From: Folioceros fuciformis
Lineage: Eukaryota
DNA length: 20,000 nucleotides
Reading direction: 5' to 3'
Assembly (NCBI GenBank): GCA_049999805.1
Contig: JBNGIO010006185.1
Coordinates: forward strand, 250,019-270,018
The notes beneath the pieces were generated by a model. It was not told where the DNA came from. It saw only the letters and a list, made by a program, of their open reading frames with translations, and searched no databases. Shown here piece after piece: positions 1-9,453 of the stretch. Numbering within the stretch: the stretch's first letter is position 1; every line of letters starts with the position of its first letter. Made by a program: the position numbers and the translations under genes.

Positions 1-284
1 TTCGAAGAGAACCTTCAAAGAAACTGCAGAGGAAACCTTAGGCCACTTCAAGACGTGCAAGGGAGTAAGAGAACCCACCAGGAGAGCAGACTGCAAGCCA
101 GCTTCATGGCAGTTCGAAATCACGATTTCAACCTCATCTGCATATCTGAAAGCTAGACAACAGTTGCCCATACTCTGCCAGCTGATGTTTAGGCCACACT
201 GGACATCCCTTCTTGAGCCTGCGCGATCATATGGAGATCTTTGTCCTCAGCGCGGAAACACAAAAACTTCTTGTGGCAATTTCC

Positions 285-2426
285 TCATTGCATCCTGGCT
301 CTTCTGGTTTTCGATCCTCCAGACTCGGCCGAGGTTACAAAAACTTTAGCAGTTTTTTTTCGTGCTACCCTTCTGGGCCAGGCAAGAGAGCTAAGCTTCA
401 ATGAGAAGAAAGCAGCTGCTCAGATGGAGAAGCACAAAGGGTACGGAGCAAATTGCAGCAGAAAGAAAAAGAAAGAAAGCCATACACATTTAGACACCAA
501 AAGACCGAACGACATATCGCACCTTTGTTTCCCTTCACAAGGGCTGGAGGACGATGCATTTTTCAAGGGTTTGTAACGCTGATGAGGTTCATTCCTCTGA
601 CGAGCAGGTCCAATTTCGGGCCAAGACCTGGGAAGATACGAAATGTTTGAAATGTTTTTGACGTGTGTGTGCACTAATAAAAAAAATCACTGCGGGGTGG
701 TCGAGGATGTCATACCGGTTGGTTAAGTCAATCCTATATGGCACACCATTTCGGACGATGGTTGTGGCAATCCGCGAGTTTCCAGCCAGCAGCTCCAGTT
801 CCTGGCCAACATACGGAGTCTTCCGCGAATCGACATCACACACAACTGACCTGATGCGTGGCTTGTGCCGATCCAGAATCACCTAGGTGTTCAGTCAGCT
901 GTGAGTAATAGGAGATTAATGACCTCACATCTCACCTGGTACACAGAACGTAGTGCGCAGACCAGAATGACTATGCTGAACCTCACAAATAAATAGGCGC
1001 TAGTACCTGTGCAATAACATGGCGGAAGACGTAGTGTTCATCCTGCAAACGGAGGCGGGCTACGTGCCCCAACTTGTCGTATGTTGTCGGTACAGCCATA
1101 CCCGCAGGGAGCAGGTCCTGCAAGATCTGCACAGAGTCCAGATCACCAAATGGGAAATACACGCTTGGATGCCCCAAAGGGTCTAAGGGAATCTAGATTG
1201 TTTGCCCTTGCCCAACAATGAAGAATCTATTTTATTGCCAGCCGTAAGGGAAAAGAGTCGTCAGACCTCATCCACTGCCCAATAGTCATACGAAAGAACC
1301 AATCTTGTTTGCACAAGCTGCCGGGTTGTGAATCCTCTCTTGTTTCCAGCTGCAACAGCCATCTGCCGAGCAAAGCGCATCGAATGCAGAGCAGGAGTTG
1401 TCAGATAATCAGAAAACTTGAAGGCCAACCCGACACGAAAGCACAGCTCATAACCCTGGTTCAGACCTGAAGCGCCATGGGAAGTTCGTCCAAGGCCTTC
1501 CCTGCAAGTCCTTCATCCAGCAACAACACTCTTGTTGATCCTTGAAATCGTTTCGACTGCTTTCCTAGCTTTAACAAGCCTAGAAAGTCTCCTATTGCTC
1601 CATCATCCTTCCCAACTCCCCACCCATCCTCCACAACTTCCACAACCACAGCTTTCTCCTCCCACATGCTTCTGCTTATCCCCCTGGCTTCTACCATGTT
1701 AGATTTATCGTTCTGCAATGTTTCCTCACAGTCTCTCCTGCTGTAGACGAAAGACCGTGCTGCACCTCTAGGCCTTGATAGTTCCTCAAGATGGGGAAAT
1801 CTTTCTTCCTTCCTCCTCCGCAGACTGACAACTCCAGTCCTCAGCACTGCTTCGCTGCCGACGTCATCATCATCGAAAACAGCCTTCCTGACAGACTCGG
1901 AAACAGTTTCACCTTTCCTCTCGCCATCCCAAAACAGGCCTTTCAAGTCCTCATCAACTTCATCCCCGGCAACCCTTGCAAGATTCTTGATACGAGGCCA
2001 ATTCAACAGATGCCCCCGAAGCTCATACTCCAACTTCTTACTCTCGTCTGACGGCACTTGCAAGGCAGCAATATCATAAACCCTGGTAAACCCAGCCCTA
2101 TCGATGTCAGCTCCCTTGACGTATCTCTGCTTCTTCACCAAATGGTTGTAGCTGCTGATGTCGTATACGCTGGTTTCCTCCTCCCCGTCCCGCTTGATTC
2201 TCTGCCACTTTTCCTTTTTCTTATCTGAAGCACATCCCCTTCGGCCCCAGCTCAGAGACGGGCCGAGACGGAGACCAGCGAACGCACAGACTATGCTTGC
2301 ATGGTGCCTCCGAGTTCGTCTGCAGGACGAGAAGAGTTCTGTCTTAGGAGGAATTTCTCGACCCAAGCGCAGCCCTGGTTGTTCCCAAATCTGTACACCA
2401 ATCTTCTGGAAGGAACACAGAACCAT
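285..2426 (-). CDS. TRM5: TRM5-family tRNA (guanine37-N1)-methyltransferase-like protein (At4g27340/TRM5B type), apparently C-terminally truncated or divergent; 6 exons: 2426-1467, 1362-1267, 1126-1007, 882-716, 627-523, 372-285 (about 511 aa)
   Basis: Translation follows plant TRM5B: FTRVYDIAALQVP, LRGHLLNWPRIKNLARVAGDE, GSTRVLLLDE, LSYDYW, LLPAGMAVP..GHVARLRL, LELLAGN..TIVRNGVPYRIDL. GT-AG introns of 88-150 bp keep the frame. The N-terminus looks like a transit peptide. Exons 1-4 are well supported; exons 5-6 and the stop are less certain. Confidence 0.8.
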
Positions 2427-2546
2427 TGCTTAGGGTGTCGAGTTCCTCAATGAACCTCTGCAGTGACCTCCTAACGTCCTGTCTAGCAGAGCGCTAAGAG
2501 CAACGGATCTTGCGAGCCTTGAATTTCTACTAATCGGTGGCTTCCT

Positions 2547-2555
2547 TATATATAT
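2547..2555. promoter_or_regulatory. TATA-like element (TATATATAT) in the 215-bp divergent TRM5/ELP6 gap
   Basis: The TA run reads as a TATA box on both strands and lies between the ATGs at 2426 (-) and 2642 (+). Confidence 0.35.
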
Positions 2556-2641
2556 CCCCGAAGCAGAAGATGTCTTGGACGGGAGACCGATCCCGCTTTT
2601 AGTTTCAGATCATAAGCACTATTTTCGGCAGGGGTCCAGCC

Positions 2642-3817
2642 ATGTGGAGTTTAGACGAAGCTGTGGACTGGACAAGCGAAGGGAATCTCATCCTTGTGAA
2701 AGATACGTTGGCTGCCAAAGGGACCTTCGTCTTGCACCATCTGCTCAAAAGTCTCCTGACGAATCCAGCGAAGGCACAGGACCGGCCTAGAAGCGTCAAG
2801 GTTGTGTTCGTAGGGCTTGCTGATACTTTTGGACACTACAACAGAGTAGTCAGAAAGCAGGTCAGGAGGAGTGCGACAACATTGGGCTTTGCTCCTCTCC
2901 AAGTCACCAAAGTCCAACTTTGCCTGAACAAGCCTGTGTCTCTGTCTCGTTCATGTAGCAGGGATGTAACTTGTCGAACTCTAGAGACAGTGGAGACGTT
3001 GCTTTCCTGGAATTTTCCCCAGACAAGTTCCTGGAGAGTGCGAAGAAGGAAAGCACGGCAACAGGTTCCTTGCAGTAAGTAGCATCCGTCCTGACCCCTC
3101 CCCAACGTTTCCAATCATGCAATCTCGATTGCCTCAGACCAGACCCGTGCTGCATGAACGTGCAGGAACCCGCTCTTCAACCTGTACAGTAGAATACGAC
3201 AGGCAGTGGGAAGGCTCCTTGTAGGCCGCACCGAGCACATATGTGTAGTGATTGATGATGCCTGCTTGCTGGAGATAGCAGCTGCTGGCTCGCATCACCA
3301 TGTGCTAGACTTCTTGCACTACTGTCGAGCACTTTCCTGTCAGCAGGCGCAAGTAAGTAAACCCCTTGTCCAGATTCCAATACCTGATTACGAAGTAATG
3401 TAACTTGTACAGCTGGCTGATAGATGCTGCACCTGTCGTTTTTACTTACAGAGTTGCTCGCTGGTGGTGCTTGTACACAATGACGTTTATGACGAATCAG
3501 ACCCCTTCTCCTTAGTTCATGCGCTGGAGTCTGCCTCTGATGTTGTGCTGGACGTGGAGCCTTGCAGCAAACATATATCAAGTGATATACGAGGCTTGGT
3601 ATGGTGTCTTGGGTCATGGCCATTCATCTTGCTGGAGTGGGGCAAGGACCACACTTCTGACACCCTGTGTTGTGTGCAGCTGACTGTTATTCATCGCACC
3701 ATCCCAACTGGTGCAGATGATGTTGAGGAGAAAACTGGTTGTACCCAGGAGGTGAGGAGAGTTGAAACAGTTCGGTTTGAATTGTTGGAAACTGGTGTAT
3801 CTTACACCCATGTCTGA
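2642..3817 (+). CDS. ELP6: Elongator complex protein 6; 5 exons: 2642-2860, 2962-3074, 3166-3352, 3452-3598, 3680-3817 (about 267 aa)
   Basis: Motifs LILVKD..GTFVLHHLLK, FGHYNRVVRKQGCNL, VVIDDACLLEIAA..HVLDFLHYCRAL, CSLVVLVHND, SDVVLDVEP..SDIRGLLTV and F...ETGVSY match plant ELP6. Splice sites are canonical and the frame is preserved. Confidence 0.93.
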
Positions 3818-4010
3818 CCATCAGTCCCAGGGCCTTTGAAGGGCGATGGAGACTAGCCGGCTTTAGACCACTTTACAGCACTTTGCATGTAATCCTCGTT
3901 TCGATGATGATTCATGAGCATTAGATATGAGAACCAATGTAGAAAATGTTAGCTGAGTTTTTTGCTCTTAGTTACTCTTATGAGGATAAGGGAGGAGGGA
4001 GTGAAGTAGG

Positions 4011-6143
4011 CTACCATGGATCAGGAGGTACGTTTCTGGGCTGTGATTGGTTGGGGTGAGATCCCCAGCTTTGCTCAAGGAGAATCAGGCGCAGGCGCTC
4101 CAGAAGACGGTCCAACGCTAAGTGCTCTTGTTCGGCAAGAGAGTTCAGGGATGCTGGTGTTCGTGTGAAGTCCTGGCGAAAGCATATCGTCCATACGCGT
4201 GAGGGATGCAGGGTATGGAACTAATGATATCATGTTCATGATTCGAGAATGGACAGCATACCTCAGACACTGAATATGCCGAGAGATATGAGTAGGCGTC
4301 CTGGTAGAGTCCACAGTGGAAGAGGAGCATTCCGTAGTCCCTCTTCTCAATCTCATCGACACCTAGGAGGACAAGCCTTTCTGAAGCTGATGGAACAAAC
4401 GCAGAAAGATTATGTAACCTATGACCGACATGTGGTTGGTTCTTGTGGATTATGTGTCACAGATCGTTAGCCTTGTGCAGCGTACATACACATTAAAGGG
4501 CATGAATACCTGCAAGAGCTCGGCGGATGTCTCCAAAACTTGAACTAGTCCATATCCCACGCTGCAATCGTAGCTGAGCAGCCCTTGCAAGCGCAACATC
4601 TGCACCTCTGTTTCGTATCACGTAACGAGTGATAGTTGGAACTTATATTTGGAGCAATCGAGCAATTAAACCAGGGGCACGAAAGCATACTTGCTGCTTG
4701 ATGGAGCTGCGAACAGACTTTCGTAGGGGCTCATGGAATCCGACCGGGTGCCTCTGCTGGCTGCATTGGCGGCCTCCAGAAACTCAGAGCCATGACTGGA
4801 GCTCGCAGAAGACTTCCACGGCCAGAAAAGCTGCTTCAGGCTCCTGAGCACCTGACACCCCTTACTACGTCAGTCATGATAACCTGGGCAGCGAGGGGAG
4901 GACCACTCTTCTCCAGAGCAGTAAGCATGACAGTCAAAGTTGCGGCTCAAGTACCTCGACAAGAAGAAGCTGTGGCGTTAAGACAACCGGTTGGAGGGCT
5001 CCTCTTGACTGTTCTCTAATCCTGTCAGGGAGGTTTGAAGCGGCATGGGCATGGGGGAAACCGAGAGGGTTGATTGGGAGCTCAACCTCCGCCAGAAACT
5101 CTGTCGCTCCCGAAATATACAACCTTTTTGCAATTTCGCTGTAAATCAAAGCTAGCATCAGCGGTGTTCCCATTCGTCGAGTCAGCACCTGCGCAGATGG
5201 ATTGGTCGAATAAAGCTAGTGATGGAGGTGACTTCACTGATCAGAATCATGTCCAAGCTTCTGCTTGAAACTTTGCACAGACATGTCTCGAGAGATGAAG
5301 TTCCTTACAGAGTTGAGGTAAGAGTCCCGTGCATCCGCAACGTAACCTGGTGTGGCTCTCCTAAACCCCTGATTGAAACAGGCAAACATGAGGATACTAA
5401 TCAGCACACCGTATCCATCTTTTGTGATCCAACATCATGTGAGAATGAAATGCCAAGTGCCTGGCGTCCTCACCTTATACACATACAAGAAACTGTCTAA
5501 AGCATCGAAGACTGCTGCGTCAGTAGCTCTTGCCGGCAAATAGTGCCCAGCGAATTCATTTGCCATTCCATCTAATCTCTCAATATACGAGTCCACAGGA
5601 AGTGGAACGGACGAGTGAGATACCAGAGCATCGTCTTCTGCAGCTATGTCCAGGGCAGCCCTGGCAAGATCGAACGAATGGGAAACATCCATGCCAGCCT
5701 CAGCATTTTGCAACTTCTCGATTTCCCCGGAAAAGTCTGCACGAGCAGCCTAGAGGGTTCAATACAAAATTAGAGCATGCCCGACCCTCGTACTAAACGA
5801 AACTGTGCAATACGACCGGAGAGGAGCGTGTGAGAAAGATGCGGCTTGAAACTGCGAATGCAAACCAAACGGGCGACGACGGATGTGGAAGTACCCGAGC
5901 ATGAAAGGTGTCGAGACCTGCTTCATCCATGAAGTCGTGAAGACAAAACCTCAGCGGAGGGATTTCTCCACTGCTTTTCGCTTGAGAGGCTAAGCACTTG
6001 GAGGAACTTTGAATAGGAGGTGAAAAACAGGGCTCCCTGTTTGTGTTGAATCCTTGCTGTGTTATCACGAGCCAAGACCCGGATCCGGATGGCCTGTGAT
6101 GGATAGAAATGGCGCTGTGCCATCCCTGAAACATGGTGATCAT
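4011..6143 (-). CDS. SirB1-N/transglutaminase-like (Transglut_core2) plus C-terminal TPR-like protein, probably organelle-targeted; 8 exons: 6143-5895, 5749-5474, 5368-5309, 5188-4955, 4851-4691, 4607-4510, 4386-4262, 4172-4011 (about 454 aa)
   Basis: Motifs DLARAALDIAAEDDALVSHSSVPLPVDSYIERLD, LYVYKGFRR..DSYLNSVLTRRMGTPLMLALIYSE, LRSLKQLFWP, RGIWTSSSFGDIRRALAASERLVLL..EKRDYGMLLFHCG and the end PDPW* match a conserved uncharacterised green-plant family. All introns are GT-AG and in frame. Confidence 0.88.
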
Positions 6144-6812
6144 CTTATCAACAAAGGAAGGAATCTGCTATTCCACGCACTAGGAATAAGCAACCCGGCA
6201 GCCCTTAGCAAGACAGATTCAACTGCCTTGCAAATTCCGATGACACAACTACAAGCATCAATCGCTCCTCCAGTCTGAACAACACGCAGGATCCAGTTGA
6301 GTCTAAGGATGAACAGGAGGTAAGCCTGTGAATTCGTTGGATCAGCGAATTCTCCAAGCTGTCTCCAGCATCAGTGCGAGGCAGGGACTCTGCGACGAAC
6401 TACGCAGCGCATTTGCGTAAGGCGGGGTCCAGACTGACTCGACGAGCAACTTGACAGCGAGGGAGAGAAGGGTCGGGGAAACCGTTTCGCCGAATGGTCT
6501 GCGTGAAATAGGACACATGGATCGAGTCTTAGTGGTGGCCGAGTTTAGCCCGGCGGAATCTGTATCTAGGATCTAGACGAGGACGAGGCAGAATGAAGAA
6601 CTGTCCAGGAACCATCTCATGTACACCTGTTACTTAGAGCCACAGAGCCCTCCAGGTGTCGTACTAATCAACACTATTTTCACATTAGCCACAGGTACAA
6701 GCTGTATGGTCTTAGGGAGGAGGAGAATCTGCTACCAGGGCAAGAAAAACTTCTGAAGCCCAACACAGGAGAGCAAGTATCGACAAGACGTGATCGAACG
6801 AGTTCATTTGAA

Positions 6813-8403
6813 TTACGCTGTTTTGGTGGCTGCCTTGGAATTATTCAGCACGTTCTTGACGTTTTCCTTCAGCTTTCCATACACCAAGTTGTTGATCCAG
6901 GGAATGTCCTTGTACTGGAACGTGGAGGACGAAGGAGCAGAAGACGAAGCAGGAGAAGAGGGGACCTTGCTTCTGCTTTTGTGTAACCACTCTCCTGCTT
7001 TCAAGTACCATTTGCTATCTGCAACCACGAGAGAAGACGACGGATCAGTTCTAGAGCCATGAAAGACTTTGGACCACCACACTTGGATGCCAATTCAATC
7101 CATATGTTCCAGCTTACCTTGGTTCCCATCTGGCGGCTTGGATAAGGCGTAGTCATTTCGAGAAGCAAGCTGAATCCTTCTTGCCCTTTCCATAGCTTCC
7201 TTCTCTGCTTTCTCCCGAATGCGGTTCCTTTCCTTCCTCGGCGACCTGGCACTCCTGGGGCTGCTGATAAGAGGCGTGGGCCTGAGAGGGCTGCCCAATT
7301 CCAAATCCATGCCACGACGGTAGCTACCACCTGTACTGGGTGATGCTGGTCTGGAGGCGTTGTGTACAGGAGTGATGGACTTCATGCTCCCAGGACTAGC
7401 AGGAATTGAAGGGCCGTGACCTCGAGGACTGGGAGCGATGGGCGTACGTGGGGAAGAGAGAGGACTCCTCCTCATATCATGCACCTTCGTGACAGATTCA
7501 GCCGGAGTCGCCCTGCTCATGGACGGCGATCTTGACGGAGTGCGAGGGCTTCTGGGTAGCTTAGGATGTTGAGCAAACCCAGGAGTAGCCTTGGCATGAG
7601 AACTTCTCCAGGAACTAGGTGTCCTTCCAGTGGACCACTGCTGCCTAGGTCCCCTGTATGACGACGGCGTCCGAGCCATCTTCGGTGTATTCCCTGACCT
7701 GTCACGTACTATCGCCAGAGACCGATCACTTCCGGCATCTGCTGCGAACTTGGAAGCTGAAGGGCTCCCCAGAAGGGCACCCACATCAATATCTGCCTCT
7801 ATCCAGGCAGGAAGCCTCAATGGATCATGCAACATATCTGCAAGCTCTACGCTGGGCCTGTGGAACCCAATCTTGCACCTGGTTCCAGGAAACTTTCCCA
7901 GATACAGCTGCACCCTGATGGGTAACCGGGGACGAGGCTTCATATCTCGTGTCGAGAGCACTGGAGCACATCGTGCCAAAACGAAGCCATTCAGTCCCAC
8001 GATGGGCATAACACCCACGCTGCAAATCCACAAACCCATGTCAGACACAACAAAACGCTCTCACTCCCTCACTCACGGTCATCTGCCAACAACCAGAGAA
8101 GGAAAATGCCTGGAAACAACAACACACGTACCCCTCACAAAACCAGCAAGCCTCCTCACTCGGAGCTACCTTCTTCCATCCAAACATGGGAGCTTTGTGG
8201 ACGTTGAGCCCCGAGCCCTTGCACCTAGGACACCGGGTTCTCTCCCCATCCACATTTCCCCACAACCCAGTCACCTGCTTCACCCAAGTCTGAATATTCT
8301 CAAACTGCCCCGCCGTATGCTGCTCCACGTGGTGCGTAATCAGGGACCAAGAGAAGGGAGCCCGCACCACCTGCGACACGGCCACACTCTCTCCTCCCGC
8401 CAT
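6813..8403 (-). CDS. Uncharacterised protein with a single DnaJ-type (CxxCxGxG x2) zinc finger and a long Ser/Pro/Arg-rich region; 3 exons: 8403-8132, 8019-7118, 7018-6813 (about 459 aa)
   Basis: Three same-strand ORFs are joined in frame by canonical 112-bp (GG|gtacgt..ttgcag|C) and 99-bp (G|gtaagc..ttgcag|AT) introns. Splicing completes CPRCKGSG...CWFCEGVG. I do not recognise the family. Confidence 0.72.
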
Positions 8404-9453
8404 CTCCTACAGCCTCAACACCTCACCTCCACCCGCATTGCCTATCTCCAAGAATCTTCTCCTCCTCCCTCACCCCAGCTCCCATCTCTCCCATCCTCCG
8501 ACCCTCCATCCAGCTACAGCTCCACCGCTGCTCTCCCAAGAACCACACACTGCCCTATACACTCCACAAACGGTGCTAACAACACACACAATTCTGAAGC
8601 CTTCGCAAGACACTCTTGGGCCAACGCAACGGAACAACTCAATTCCTAGCTCGGCAACGACACAGCAAGGAGAATCACGACACCGCTGCCGCCCGGCTGA
8701 TGCTCTACCTACTGCCTAGCTCCAGGCTTGTCTTCTCCTTCTCGTTACAAGGCACACGGATCTGGGGTGACCGACGTCGAAGGCGGGATCCGCCAAGTTC
8801 GAACGAAAGGCCGGTATTCTAGGGCACTCTGGTGTTGCGGCCCCACCACGCGTGCCCCCTGGCCACATCCTGTCACTTGAATGTCTCGAGATTTTGGTTG
8901 CGTTCACATGCCACTCCTGTCCAGACACGAGCGTCGGCTGACACAGCCAGATCTTGTTTTGCAAGAACCTAAACTCAGTTAAGGGTCAGAAATGCCAACT
9001 TGAGATTTCTCACTTTCTCTGAGAGCCAGAACAAAATGAAGACTGTTTAGCAGAAGTCTCCTCTGAGCTTCCGTTACCTCCTTTGAACTTCTGTTCTGCT
9101 ACAGAATCGGAATCTGAGTACCTAGTAGTACAGTTCAGGGACTCTGGGACCCAGGATACATATTTGCGTGGAGAGAAATCCAGACATGGAATGCCAAGAA
9201 ACAGTACGAGTTGGGTTATGGATATGAGGAGCCCGAGATAGCAAGACAAGGTCTCTGGAACTCTGACATGGCAACCGTATCTTGGGCACGGGTTGTGACT
9301 CCTATGCAAAACCACGCACTCAACCAGCAGGAAGAGGGATGTCCACCTGGAAAATCAGCATTCTGCGGCCAGGAAACGGAGTTGTTGGAAGACCCCGTCA
9401 CAACTGGATGACCTTCCTCCATCACATGCCGACAAGGAATTTACCGGAATGCT

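Noticed and set aside
5923..6123. MAQRHFYP... ORF as first exon of the SirB1-like gene
   Set aside because: It cannot be spliced in frame convincingly; the overlapping frame from 6143 carries the conserved LRFCLHDFMDEAGLDTFHAR and splices cleanly.
8410..8520. C/T-rich low-complexity tract as a repeat element
   Set aside because: It has no periodic unit and is consistent with a GA-rich 5' UTR of the minus-strand gene.
7630..8649. 339-aa plus-strand ORF
   Set aside because: It is antisense to the spliced Zn-finger gene and its purine-rich leader, starts at GTG, and has no recognisable domain.
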